64,000 nt of DNA from IMG/VR virus record IMGVR_UViG_3300009103_001934, positions 96,001-160,000 of that record, one strand, 5' to 3'. This document shows, in pieces, positions 44,891 to 55,354 of this stretch. Position numbers and translations under genes: made by a program. Each line of letters begins with the position of its first letter. Position 1 is the stretch's first letter. The notes beneath the pieces were generated by a model. It ran no database searches. It was not told the origin of the DNA and was given only the letters and a program-made list of their open reading frames with translations. The stretch comes from a virus.

Positions 44891-45611
44891 AAAAAAGCCT
44901 AGCAAAAAAGCTAAGGCGCAAGCAAAGAAAAAAAAGGAATTAAGGTTTGAGGACTGCTTAGGGATAATTAACGAAGAGATAGCGAAAAGGAGAGGAAAAT
45001 GGAATTTATCGGTTATAGCTTGGATGGATTTTGAAGATGTATCACAGATACTAAGAATACACATTTATAGAAAATGGCATCTTTATGATCAAACCAAAAA
45101 TCTAAAGCCATGGATTAGGACAATAATTGGGAATCAAATTAAAAATTTAGTTAGAAATAACTATACTAATTTTGTTAAACCCTGTGCTAAATGCGCTGCA
45201 GCTGTAGAAGAGCATGGTTGCCTAATTTATGAGCAACAGTGCAGCGCTTGCCCATTATACAAAAATTGGGAAAAAAATAAAAAAAGTGGATACCAAGCAA
45301 AAATGCCCTTATCTCTTGAAAACCACTCTCAAGAAGTTTATCATTTACCAACGCATAATGAATTTAATCTTGAGATATCTATTAAAAATTTAAATAATAA
45401 GATGCAGGAAGTTTTAAAGCCTCACGAATGGAAAATTTATTGCTATTTATATGTTGATAACTTATCGGAGTTAGAGGTAGCAAAGAAAATGGGCTACAAA
45501 ACTTCAGAAAAGAATAGGTCCCCGGGGTATAAACAAATTAAAAATGTTAAAAAGAAAATCATATTAAAAGCCAAACAGTGTTTGGAGAACGACGAAATAG
45601 ATATATATTAA
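44883..45611 (+). CDS. Phage sigma70-family RNA polymerase sigma factor
   Basis: Region-2-like DFEDVSQ..W..YD..KPWIRTIIGNQIKN. Region-4 HTH LSELEVAKKMG. Confidence 0.7.
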   Translation: MNKKKPSKKAKAQAKKKKELRFEDCLGIINEEIAKRRGKWNLSVIAWMDFEDVSQILRIHIYRKWHLYDQTKNLKPWIRTIIGNQIKNLVRNNYTNFVKPCAKCAAAVEEHGCLIYEQQCSACPLYKNWEKNKKSGYQAKMPLSLENHSQEVYHLPTHNEFNLEISIKNLNNKMQEVLKPHEWKIYCYLYVDNLSELEVAKKMGYKTSEKNRSPGYKQIKNVKKKIILKAKQCLENDEIDIY

Positions 45612-45619
45612 AGTAAATT

Positions 45620-46708
45620 ATGTCCGGCGCAAATTTAACAGAGGAGCAAAAGGAGGAAGTTTTAAAAGAGTGGGAAAAGAGATCTGATAATCCACCCTCA
45701 CTTTTAGAACTAATTAGAATCGCTTACCCAGATCAACCACATTTAGACGGAAGAAGTAAAGAAGGAAAAGCGGTTAAAGCTTTTCTAGCGACGAAAGAAA
45801 TCTCGCCCCTAGCATCTCATCAATACCAGCCTAAAAAGATCGAATTAACAGAGGAACACAAAGAGTTTATTCGTAACAATTTTCAAATGATGTCATCAGT
45901 AGAAATGGCAAGAGTATTGTTCAAAAATAACGAACTGACAAACCTTAGTGCGGAATCAAGAGCGGTAGACGAATACGTTAAGACTCTAAACCCTACTATC
46001 GCTTTTCGACCAGAATCGGAAATTCCCGATGAGGATTATAAACCCCCAAAAACTACCCACGCCGCCATAACGAAAATAAATACTTATGTTTTAGAAGGCA
46101 TAGATAAAAATAAAATAACTCCCAGCGAAAAAAAAGGCATTAATAGTTTAATCGGCTATCTTCATACTTACAGATTCCTTCATCAAATAAATACCTATGA
46201 AAATCAAACTGTTCGAGAGTTATTTGAAAGTAGCTTTATTAGATATACGTGGGACAAATATGATCTAACACAAGAAGAAGTAGATCAATATATAGTTTTA
46301 TCTGGTGAAGTAGTTATAGCCTCTAATATTCAAAGGCGAGTAGAAAGACTACAGCAGCATCTAGACGAGTCCGCGGAAGATTCGGAAGGAAGGCGTATAG
46401 CTATGTCTCTCGTAGAGTCCATAAGCACGGCGCAAACGGAATATAATCAGTGCGTCAATCGACAACAAAAATTACTCGAAAGCCTTAAGGAAAAACGTAG
46501 CGATAGACTTAAAAAGCAAGTGTCAGATACGGCGAGCATACTTAACTTAGTCGAGATGTGGAAGGAAGAGGAGTCTCGTAAAAAAATGATTCAAATCGCC
46601 GAATTGAGAAAAGAAGTAATTAAAGACGAAATCGAAAATCTTACTTCTATGGACGAGATGAAAGCAAAAATAATGGGAATATCACAGGGGGAAATTTTAG
46701 ATGGTTAA
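45620..46708 (+). CDS. Hypothetical protein (HTH repeats plus coiled coil), possible packaging partner
   Basis: Two LTEEQKE/LTEEHKE helical repeats. Located upstream of the terminase. Confidence 0.55.
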   Translation: MSGANLTEEQKEEVLKEWEKRSDNPPSLLELIRIAYPDQPHLDGRSKEGKAVKAFLATKEISPLASHQYQPKKIELTEEHKEFIRNNFQMMSSVEMARVLFKNNELTNLSAESRAVDEYVKTLNPTIAFRPESEIPDEDYKPPKTTHAAITKINTYVLEGIDKNKITPSEKKGINSLIGYLHTYRFLHQINTYENQTVRELFESSFIRYTWDKYDLTQEEVDQYIVLSGEVVIASNIQRRVERLQQHLDESAEDSEGRRIAMSLVESISTAQTEYNQCVNRQQKLLESLKEKRSDRLKKQVSDTASILNLVEMWKEEESRKKMIQIAELRKEVIKDEIENLTSMDEMKAKIMGISQGEILDG

Positions 46709-47654
46709 ATGTGCGATATGTAAAGAAGAATACGAATCCGATAAGGAACTGCATAGGCATTTGAGAAGTCACAAAATGTTATTGGTAGATTATTATCATA
46801 AATATTTTCCAAGGAAAGACCTTTACACTGGCAACTTACTAAAATTTAAAAACAAAGAATCATACTTTGAAAACGACTTTGATAATAAAACGCATTTAAA
46901 GAAATGGTTAAATGATCAAGAAGAAAACGTAGCAAAAAGTTATTGCGTAAGGCTTTTATCTAAAAGGGTGAGAAGGCTAGGCCTAAAATACGTTCCCACT
47001 GAAGTAGAACTTAAAAGCTCCATGATACCGCCCACATTATATCTAGAAAGAATTTTGGAAGGGTATTATTCTTTTTGTCGAGAACAGCTGTCTTTAACTC
47101 AAAAATTTAAGGCGCTCCCCAAGGGACTGGGTATGCCTCACGATCTATCCGAAAATAGCTTTAACGTATCTAACTTTACTATTTATGTAGACACTAGGGA
47201 GCAAAGGCCTTTAAAATTTAATTTTCCGATTGAAGTCAAAACTCTAAGTTTCGGAGATTACGCTTGTAGCGATAATAGAATAAGCGCGAATATTTATATA
47301 GAAAGAAAGTCTTTAACGGATTTTATAGGGACTATGAGCGGGGGGCTAGAAAGATTTAAAAAAGAAATAGAGCGATCTAAAGAAGAAAAATGCAAGTTAA
47401 TTGTTTTGGTCGAAGAATCGTTAAGTAACGCGCTGTCTTTTAAATATTTACCATACATTTCGAAAAAGATAAGAGCCACGCCAGAGTTTATCTTTCATAA
47501 TGTTCGAAGCCTATGTCAAGACTATGATAATATACAATTTCTATTTGTAAAGGGAAGAAAAGAAGCAACAAGGGTAATAGAAAAACTTTTTACTTACGGC
47601 TCAAAGTACGCACAATATGATTTACAATTAGCTTATGATAATAAGGAATTATAA
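46701..47654 (+). CDS. C2H2 zinc finger fused to ERCC4 (XPF/Mus81-type) nuclease
   Basis: CAIC..H...H, VDTREQ, GDY, IERKS. Confidence 0.8.
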   Translation: MVKCAICKEEYESDKELHRHLRSHKMLLVDYYHKYFPRKDLYTGNLLKFKNKESYFENDFDNKTHLKKWLNDQEENVAKSYCVRLLSKRVRRLGLKYVPTEVELKSSMIPPTLYLERILEGYYSFCREQLSLTQKFKALPKGLGMPHDLSENSFNVSNFTIYVDTREQRPLKFNFPIEVKTLSFGDYACSDNRISANIYIERKSLTDFIGTMSGGLERFKKEIERSKEEKCKLIVLVEESLSNALSFKYLPYISKKIRATPEFIFHNVRSLCQDYDNIQFLFVKGRKEATRVIEKLFTYGSKYAQYDLQLAYDNKEL

Positions 47655-47656
47655 TT

Positions 47657-48274
47657 ATGAATATCAATATAAAACGAGAAGAATATTTTGATCATCCCCA
47701 TAATACGACGATAGAAAACGAGCGGGCTATAGAAGTAGTTATGGGACTTAGATACCTTAAAGAATGCGGAAAAAGCTTAACAAAAGATAGGATAATCGAA
47801 ATTGGCTCAGTTATGCCTCATTACTTGAAACAACCAGTATCTCATGAAGTTTTAGACCCAGAAGACCCATACGCTACGATAGTAGATTTTGCGGAAAATC
47901 ATAGCTATAAAGGAGATCATGTCTTAAGTATATCAACAATCGAACACATAGGAAAAGTGGGACCACGAGACCAATTTAAAAACGCAGAAGAAGAAAATTT
48001 GCCCTTGGGCTACAATTTGTTATGCAGAATCTATGAAGAAAGTAAATCATGTTTGATTTCTTGGCCGATAGGCTATAATACATTCCTTGATAATAGCGTC
48101 TTAAACTCTAAAGAAAATGGTGTTGAATTAAATTATTTTTTTTATATAAAAATGTGTTCCGAGCCCGAGCCCGTATGGGAATTGGAGCAAAGTGATGAAG
48201 GATTTAAACATTTTTATGGTACGCCGTTTTCACATGCGAACAGCGTAATTTTTGTCCATAACATGACTTCATAA
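47657..48274 (+). CDS. Methyltransferase-like hypothetical protein
   Basis: IEIGS and SISTIEHIG. Confidence 0.5.
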   Translation: MNINIKREEYFDHPHNTTIENERAIEVVMGLRYLKECGKSLTKDRIIEIGSVMPHYLKQPVSHEVLDPEDPYATIVDFAENHSYKGDHVLSISTIEHIGKVGPRDQFKNAEEENLPLGYNLLCRIYEESKSCLISWPIGYNTFLDNSVLNSKENGVELNYFFYIKMCSEPEPVWELEQSDEGFKHFYGTPFSHANSVIFVHNMTS

Positions 48275-50101
48275 ATGTGGTACTGTCCAGAAAAGTATAC
48301 AAAAGATATTCCGAGCGTTAACGGAGAACTTCTTAAACTAGAAGGAGACCTTAATACTAAGGAAGCCAAGATTTCTTTAGCTAAGTTCTTGCGAGCAAAT
48401 CTAGGCTTTACCACAGAATTGATCTCAGGGATCAAACTCGCCCCCTTTCAAGAGATAACCCTAAAGGGTATGATGAATCGAAATTTTTCGATGTGCGTCT
48501 GGGGTCGCGGTTGCGGTAAAACCTTCATAGCTTCCATCTTTTGTTTCTTGCAGTGCATTTTTGAGCCCGGAACTAAAATACTTATAGCTGGCCCTACATT
48601 CCGTACCGCCCGTTTTATTTTTGAAAATTTAGAGAAAATCGTAGACTCAAAAGGCGCACAATTTTTAATGCAGTGTTTCGGCGCAAAGTCCAAACGGAAT
48701 GATCAATTTAAGTGGGATATTAATGGGGGAACTATCACCGCTATTCCGTTATCTGGAGAAAAGATCCGCGGTTTTCGTGCAAACGTTTTGGTCTTGGACG
48801 AATATTTATTACTTCCCGAAGATCTCATTAAAACTGTACTTATGCCATTCTTAGTCGCTCCTCAAGACATGAAGGAGAGAATAGAAATAAGAGAAATAGA
48901 AGATAAGCTAATTAAAGAGGGCAAAATGAAAGAGAGCCAGAGAATGGTATTTGAAAATGATTCTAAAATGATTGCTCTTTCCTCTGCCTCTTACACGTTT
49001 GAAAATTTATATAAACAATATAAAGAATGGACAGACAAAATTTACTCTAAAGAATCTATAGACGCAGATTATTTTATTTCACAAATGGGTTATGAGTCCT
49101 TACCGGAGCATATGATTGATACGACAATTATCGAAGAGGCTCAAAATGGTGGCCAAAGTCATTCTAGTTTTTTACGTGAATATTGCGCTCAATTTACTGA
49201 CGGCTCAGATAGCTATTTTAGCGCAAAGAAAATGTATGAATGTACTATCCCTGATGGAGAGTTACCCAGCACAAAAATAGTGGGAGACTCAGGAGCTAAG
49301 TATATTTTAGCTATTGACCCTAGTTTTTCTAATAGCCCCACTTCTGACTATTTTGCTATGTCTATTTTAGAATTGAATGACGAAACTCAACAAGGGACTC
49401 TTGTTCATAATTATGCTGTTGCTGGCGGAAATCTAAAGGATCATATTCATTATATGTATCATGTTGTCAAAAATTTTGATTTAGAAATGATCGTTATCGA
49501 TAATGCAGGATATCAATTTATTGATAGCTGTAACGAAAACGCCCTTTTTAAAAAGGATAAAATTGAATTAAAATTCTTTGAGTTTAAAAGCGATGCGGAC
49601 GGGGCAGATTATCAAAAAGCATTAACGAAAGTAAGAAGGCAATATAACAAAGAAAACCAAACTATAGTGTTTAAACAAGTATTTACTTCAGATTTTATTA
49701 GACAAGCGAACGAGCATTTACAAGCCTGTATAGACCACAAAAAGATTTGGTTTGCTTCTAAAACCGTCGCTAATCCGGAAGCTTTTAATCGGTATTCTGG
49801 CAAAAAAGTAACCTTAAAACATATCGGAGAAAAAAGCCTTATAGAATTTATAGAGGCTCAAGACGCATTAATATACCAAACGAAGAAGCAGTGCACCTTA
49901 ATCGAAGTAAAGTCAACGGCTAGGGGTACACAGACCTTTGACCTCCCCTTGCATTTAAAACGCTCCACAAGCTCGTCTAGAGCCCGCAAGGATAATTATA
50001 CGACGCTTATGTTATCTAATTGGGGAGTTAAAAGTTATTATGATATCATGTCCAAACCGCTTGACGATAATACTGGCACTTTTGTTCCAAGGATGATATA
50101 A
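48275..50101 (+). CDS. terL: Terminase large subunit
   Basis: Walker A GRGCGKT, IRGFRANVLVLDE, coupling motif LSSA, nuclease AIDPS..SD, KDNYT. Confidence 0.9.
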   Translation: MWYCPEKYTKDIPSVNGELLKLEGDLNTKEAKISLAKFLRANLGFTTELISGIKLAPFQEITLKGMMNRNFSMCVWGRGCGKTFIASIFCFLQCIFEPGTKILIAGPTFRTARFIFENLEKIVDSKGAQFLMQCFGAKSKRNDQFKWDINGGTITAIPLSGEKIRGFRANVLVLDEYLLLPEDLIKTVLMPFLVAPQDMKERIEIREIEDKLIKEGKMKESQRMVFENDSKMIALSSASYTFENLYKQYKEWTDKIYSKESIDADYFISQMGYESLPEHMIDTTIIEEAQNGGQSHSSFLREYCAQFTDGSDSYFSAKKMYECTIPDGELPSTKIVGDSGAKYILAIDPSFSNSPTSDYFAMSILELNDETQQGTLVHNYAVAGGNLKDHIHYMYHVVKNFDLEMIVIDNAGYQFIDSCNENALFKKDKIELKFFEFKSDADGADYQKALTKVRRQYNKENQTIVFKQVFTSDFIRQANEHLQACIDHKKIWFASKTVANPEAFNRYSGKKVTLKHIGEKSLIEFIEAQDALIYQTKKQCTLIEVKSTARGTQTFDLPLHLKRSTSSSRARKDNYTTLMLSNWGVKSYYDIMSKPLDDNTGTFVPRMI

Positions 50102-50120
50102 TTAGTGTAATAACAAAAAG

Positions 50121-52160
50121 ATGAAAAAAGGTCAAACAAGGTTAAAACAGACTAAACCAGTAAAAGAAGAAATCGTTGCTACTTCTGCTCAACCGCTCAT
50201 GACAGAAAGCACAGCTTCTTATTCGGCTCGGCCGACAAGGAGTCGCAGGAATAAAGCAGGAAATATAGAAAGAACGGACAGATTTAGTAATATTGAAAGC
50301 GGAATCGTCCCCTTTAATTATAGTACAACCGGATACGGCAGTAAAACATCTAATATTGACATTAGGGATACAGTTATGCTGTGTCAAAAAGCTTATTATA
50401 ATTTTGCCGTATTTAGGAACGCCATCGATTTGATGACTGAATTTTCTATTAGCAAGCTCTTTATGAGAGGCGGAAGTAAAAAGTCTCAAGTTTTCTTCGA
50501 GGCCTTCTTCGATAAAGTCGACGTTTTGTCTTTAATGGATAGATTTTTTAGAGAGTATTACAGAAGCGGTAATGTTTTTGTTTATAGGTACGACGGGCTT
50601 ATTAATAAAAAGGACCTAAATAGAATGAGTCAGACCTTCGGAGTGTCAAGAGCAAACACAAAGTATTCTATACCTCTTAGGTATTCGATTTTAAATCCTG
50701 CGGATATACAGGTGGGAGGAAATATCTCATTTGCTAATAGTCAATATTACAAGCTGGTAAATGGCTATGAATTAGAAAGACTTAGAAACCCAAGAACGGA
50801 CGAGGATGCGAGCGTTTTTGAAAGTCTCCCGGAACAAATTAAAGATCAAATTAAACAAAAAAGCGCTAACGTGACTATTCCGCTAGAGCAAGAAAAAATT
50901 AACGCTGTATTCTATAAAAAACAAGATTACGAACCATTCGCTGTTCCCATGGGATACCCAGTGCTAGATGATATAAATTGGAAAGCGGAAATGAAGAAGA
51001 TGGACATGGCTGTAGCAAGAACTATGCAGCAGACTATCCTGTTGGTCACCATGGGTACCGAACCCGATAAGGGGGGCGTTAACCAACGGAACTTGGCTGC
51101 CATGCAGGACTTATTTACAAACCAATCTGTAGGCAGAGTATTAATCGCGGATTATACTACAAAAGCTCAATTTGTCATCCCAGAGGTAGGGAGCATTTTG
51201 GATGCAAAAAAATATGAGGTAGTAAATAAAGATATAGAACTGGGATTAGGAACAATTATCACTGGCGGAGCAGAAAAATTTGCAAATCAAAGCGTGAAAG
51301 TAGAAATGTTCATGGCTAAGTTAAAACAGGCGAGAGAGGCCTTTCTGCATCAGTTTTTGATTCCCGAAGTCAAGCGGGTCGCTAAAGATTTGGGTTTTAA
51401 AAATTACCCTACTCCTTATTTTCATAAGCTATCTTTAAAAAATGATGATATTATGGCTCGTATATATGCAAGACTAATTGAAATGGGTATTTTAACTCCA
51501 GAAGAAGGCATGGAGGCCTTAGACACAGGAAGACTGCCGACAAATACAGAATCTATTGAGTCTCAAGAAGCGTTATTAAAATTAAAAGAGAAAGGCTTTT
51601 ATGAACCCATGGTGGGCGGGCCTCAAACTCAAATGGAACTGGCAGACAAGCAGGCCGATGTTCAAATTGAGATGCAAGATAAAAACCTTAAGACTCAAGA
51701 AAAAATAAATCATGAAAAAGTAAAACAAGCCGAAAAATCTAGCAAACAAAACGCGTCTCCTGCTAAGAAGCCGGGGCAACAAGCGGGAAGGCCTTCGGGG
51801 ACGAGCTCTCCGCAGACAACAAAGAAAGTTTCTCCGATCGGGGCCAACGAATCTTATTCAGTTCTTAAGGTTAAAGACAATTTCGCTTTAGCGGACAAGT
51901 TATATAGAAAAGTAGTCACCTCTTTAAAACGTAAGCATAAAATTAAAGAATTATCAGAAAGCCAAGAAGGTATAGCTTTTGAAATTACGAAAACGATTGT
52001 GGCCAACGAAGAATCTTCAAATTGGAATAAAAAAGTAAAAGACTATCTCAAAAGCCCAATTGACACCAACCCGGAAAGAATTGCTAAGATACAAAAAATA
52101 TCTTATGATCACCAAGTAGACGATTATCTAGCCAGTATTTTATACATTAGTAAAATATGA
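50121..52160 (+). CDS. Portal protein
   Basis: Follows terL. NAIDLMTEF, RE..RSGNVF, LNP, 679 aa. Confidence 0.75.
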   Translation: MKKGQTRLKQTKPVKEEIVATSAQPLMTESTASYSARPTRSRRNKAGNIERTDRFSNIESGIVPFNYSTTGYGSKTSNIDIRDTVMLCQKAYYNFAVFRNAIDLMTEFSISKLFMRGGSKKSQVFFEAFFDKVDVLSLMDRFFREYYRSGNVFVYRYDGLINKKDLNRMSQTFGVSRANTKYSIPLRYSILNPADIQVGGNISFANSQYYKLVNGYELERLRNPRTDEDASVFESLPEQIKDQIKQKSANVTIPLEQEKINAVFYKKQDYEPFAVPMGYPVLDDINWKAEMKKMDMAVARTMQQTILLVTMGTEPDKGGVNQRNLAAMQDLFTNQSVGRVLIADYTTKAQFVIPEVGSILDAKKYEVVNKDIELGLGTIITGGAEKFANQSVKVEMFMAKLKQAREAFLHQFLIPEVKRVAKDLGFKNYPTPYFHKLSLKNDDIMARIYARLIEMGILTPEEGMEALDTGRLPTNTESIESQEALLKLKEKGFYEPMVGGPQTQMELADKQADVQIEMQDKNLKTQEKINHEKVKQAEKSSKQNASPAKKPGQQAGRPSGTSSPQTTKKVSPIGANESYSVLKVKDNFALADKLYRKVVTSLKRKHKIKELSESQEGIAFEITKTIVANEESSNWNKKVKDYLKSPIDTNPERIAKIQKISYDHQVDDYLASILYISKI

Positions 52161-52164
52161 TATT

Positions 52165-53991
52165 ATGTCCAGAAATAGAATTATACATAATGTCCAAGAG
52201 GTCCTTGTTGGTTCTCCAGACGGTGAAGATGATGCAATCGTAACGGGAATAATTGGGCATCAAATTTTAAAAAGATTAAACCTCGTTCAGTCTTTTAATT
52301 ATACCGTCGGCACTAAAACAAATACGGCTGATGTCTTAGGAAAATCTGCTCCCATAGCGGAAAAAGTAGATCGGCCTCCGGACATAACATTAGATTTAAG
52401 CTATTATTTAGACGGAGTGAACAACGAAAAAAGGTTAGGGCTCACATGCGCAAATGGAGCAACTACAACAGACCTTTGGAATAAAAATATAATTCACGAA
52501 ATAACTGATAATTCAAGAGATAAAGACAAAAGGAATATATATCTTATAGTTAATAAAAATGCTCAAGATATAAATAATCCGACGAAAGACTACCCTAGAG
52601 TAGACTACATGAATGACTCTACGCTCGAAACCCAGAAGGGCGATTTAATTAATCCAGAAAGTACGGGATATGGAGTGGTAATTTTTCAAAATTGTTATTT
52701 AGACTCTTACTCATTAAATGTTGAACCGGGATCTATGCCTCTTGTAAATATTAGTTATGTCGCAGATAACATAGTAGCTTACGCTTCTGGGAGTGGAATT
52801 AATATTCCTTATTTGGATTCGAAAAAGGGAGAGGTAACGGATACTGTTGCTAGTGTTTATACTTCAGATTTTTACAGCGACACCGTAAGACTTCAATCCG
52901 CAGGAAGCGCAATTGAAGGTTGGACGCCCAGTGATGGAGAGATATCTTGGGGCATAACAAGTTACAACGGAGAAACTTATCCTCTAAAAGTTATATTTAG
53001 TACAACTAACGGCGGCCAAGATAATAGTAGTGGCCATTATACTTATAAAGACTTTCTAACTGTAGGAAAAAAATATAGGATAACAGGAAAAGTATACATC
53101 AATTCTAGCAATAGCAAAGTGAATGTCGTCGGAATTGACAATTATATTCCCGGAAACCAAGCAACAATAAAAGACATTACCACCAAAGGAGAATGGGTTA
53201 GTTTCGATGAAGAATTTACGGCTGTTGGATCTGTCCTATATTTCTGGGCAAAAGAAGGTACGGGAGACTATACTTTTCAAATCACTTCTGGAAGTGACGA
53301 ATTTGCAATTAAAGATATTGTAGTAACAGAAATCAAAGAATTCATTATACCAAGACATTTTAAAAATATTTCAAATACGGACACGCTTGACTTTAAGAGT
53401 CTTGAGATAGACAGTGGCACCGAAAGGGAAGCTTTAAAGTCTAATAATATTGAATTTACTTTATCTCCGGAAAGCGAGAACGGTATAGCTTTTTATAAAG
53501 ATACGGTTCAGTCTTGTAGTATCGATTTTTCATTAGAGAGAGAAAATATAAATCTCTTTGCACATAATTTATATTCCGATCGACTCCCTGAATTTCCCGT
53601 AGAAGTATCCATGTCGGTAGATCTTTTATCGAAAGAAACCTTAACGGGTTCTTTTTTAACTAACGTAGACGAAAACACTTATTATAATGCGACTATAGAT
53701 TTTAAAAATGAAAGTGGAGAAATCGCAGCGAGGTACAGCTTATCTAAGGCTAAATTAAAATCCACCTCGCAAGACTCTTCAGTACGGGAGAATAAAACTG
53801 CGTCACTTAATCTCAAAAGCTATATGAATTTCGAAGATAACGATAGGGGACTGTTCGTCAGCGGGAAGGTCCTAGGCTTAGTCGTAAACATATTAAATGA
53901 AGATCAAAGTACACCACCAGAGGGGCCGGAGTACGTTTTAAATGACGATGGGGAGATATTAAAAGCGACCGTAGGGAATCCTCAATTTTAA
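52165..53991 (+). CDS. Virion structural protein (tail-tube-like) with inserted carbohydrate-binding-like domain
   Basis: QSFNY..PDITLDLSYY and SCSIDFSLERE beta-rich halves interrupted by GKKYRITGKV..GEWVSF..IKDIVV. Confidence 0.5.
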   Translation: MSRNRIIHNVQEVLVGSPDGEDDAIVTGIIGHQILKRLNLVQSFNYTVGTKTNTADVLGKSAPIAEKVDRPPDITLDLSYYLDGVNNEKRLGLTCANGATTTDLWNKNIIHEITDNSRDKDKRNIYLIVNKNAQDINNPTKDYPRVDYMNDSTLETQKGDLINPESTGYGVVIFQNCYLDSYSLNVEPGSMPLVNISYVADNIVAYASGSGINIPYLDSKKGEVTDTVASVYTSDFYSDTVRLQSAGSAIEGWTPSDGEISWGITSYNGETYPLKVIFSTTNGGQDNSSGHYTYKDFLTVGKKYRITGKVYINSSNSKVNVVGIDNYIPGNQATIKDITTKGEWVSFDEEFTAVGSVLYFWAKEGTGDYTFQITSGSDEFAIKDIVVTEIKEFIIPRHFKNISNTDTLDFKSLEIDSGTEREALKSNNIEFTLSPESENGIAFYKDTVQSCSIDFSLERENINLFAHNLYSDRLPEFPVEVSMSVDLLSKETLTGSFLTNVDENTYYNATIDFKNESGEIAARYSLSKAKLKSTSQDSSVRENKTASLNLKSYMNFEDNDRGLFVSGKVLGLVVNILNEDQSTPPEGPEYVLNDDGEILKATVGNPQF

Positions 53992-54013
53992 AAGTGTAAT
54001 ATAAGGAAGAAAA

Positions 54014-54433
54014 ATGGCACAGAGTACAAAATTAAAAGATCTAGATAAAGTAATCATCATGGGTAAGGTCGGTATTGGAGATACACAACCCGCAGACCGA
54101 TTGGTTTTAAAGCCGGACGCGAATGGAAACTCCACAATTCGCGTAGACCATAGTAATGACGGCAACGGCGTAAGATTTACCTCAATTGATAACGCGGGAT
54201 ACAAGGCGGGAATTTATTGGAACAATTCTGGCGGGCTAGAAAAATGGAGAATAATCGCAGATCCTAATGGAGATAATACCGGAAATTTACAAATTAGAGC
54301 ATATTCAAATACCATAACTGCAATTGAATTAACACAAAACGGTGAAATAATTATGCCCAATTTACCTACGGAAGAGCCTGATACTACAGGGGCCATTTGG
54401 AACGATGGAGGCACTTTAAAGATTAAAAGCTAG
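54014..54433 (+). CDS. Short fibre-like structural protein
   Basis: GKVGIGDTQP, GAIWNDGGTLKI. Confidence 0.55.
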   Translation: MAQSTKLKDLDKVIIMGKVGIGDTQPADRLVLKPDANGNSTIRVDHSNDGNGVRFTSIDNAGYKAGIYWNNSGGLEKWRIIADPNGDNTGNLQIRAYSNTITAIELTQNGEIIMPNLPTEEPDTTGAIWNDGGTLKIKS

Positions 54434-54454
54434 TTATACGGTGTAACTATATAT

Positions 54455-54643
54455 GTGCTAACCTATCCAGAAATTCGAGGCGTCTTGGCCGAAATGGAGG
54501 CAGAATTTAAGGAGTCTGCAGAAAAGCCTCAACAAGAATCGTTTTCTAAAAACGCTATTTTTGTCTTAGCTATGGTTGACCGTAGGCTTGGAAAAAGACT
54601 CCAAGCAAAGGTAGCTAAGAGTAAACAAAAATTCTTTTTTTAA
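54455..54643 (+). CDS. Hypothetical protein
   Basis: Follows GTGTAA at 54441. Confidence 0.45.
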   Translation: MLTYPEIRGVLAEMEAEFKESAEKPQQESFSKNAIFVLAMVDRRLGKRLQAKVAKSKQKFFF

Positions 54644-54645
54644 TT

Positions 54646-55098
54646 ATGAAAAACCTACTACTTAAATTTAAAGGCTTGCTCGGCTCCGTATGGAGTCGCG
54701 TATTGAATCATTATATTACTGTTTGCGCCGTATTAATTGTATCTATATGTTTCTTGGGAAATACATTAAGGATTCAAGTAGATTATGAAAAACAACTGTT
54801 AGATTTAGAAAAAAATCATATTGAAGCGATGGGGTTGATAGAAGAGCAAGCGGTAGTTATAACTGAGCAAAACGAGGGCCTTGAAGACCAAAGTGGTCTC
54901 ATACAGGAACAAGGAGCTTTAATCAATAGGCTGATAGGTATAGTTAATGAGCAAAAGAGTATTATTCATTATCAAGGGCAAATCATTCAAGAGCTAATGA
55001 AAAGACTCAGAGATAACGGGCTTTTACCTAAGGCCCCGAACAAGGACAGGAGCGACGCGAATTGGATTCTCTATGAAAGACCTTCGGATACTCAATAA
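54646..55098 (+). CDS. TM plus coiled-coil protein (i-spanin-like)
   Basis: N-terminal TM, then Gln/Glu heptads. Confidence 0.5.
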   Translation: MKNLLLKFKGLLGSVWSRVLNHYITVCAVLIVSICFLGNTLRIQVDYEKQLLDLEKNHIEAMGLIEEQAVVITEQNEGLEDQSGLIQEQGALINRLIGIVNEQKSIIHYQGQIIQELMKRLRDNGLLPKAPNKDRSDANWILYERPSDTQ

Positions 55099-55354
55099 AA
55101 CCAACGTTCACTACTGGAATAAAAAAAAGACAGACTGGGCTGTTCAGGATAAAGACGGATACTGGTGGATAATCCCCGGGTCTGAGATGGCGGAAACGAG
55201 GCTTGATAAAAACAAAAAGATGAAGATGCCGTCAAAAAAGAAAATACGCCAATCCTCTGTCAGGGCGTCTTTAGAAATTATGTTGTGGATTATTTTTGCT
55301 TCTCTAGTCGGCGTGAGTTTTGCTTTAAACGTAATCTATTATTTATTAAAATGA
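55073..55354 (+). CDS. Protein with C-terminal TM
   Basis: IMLWIIFASLVGVSFALNVIYYLL. Confidence 0.55.
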   Translation: MKDLRILNKTNVHYWNKKKTDWAVQDKDGYWWIIPGSEMAETRLDKNKKMKMPSKKKIRQSSVRASLEIMLWIIFASLVGVSFALNVIYYLLK

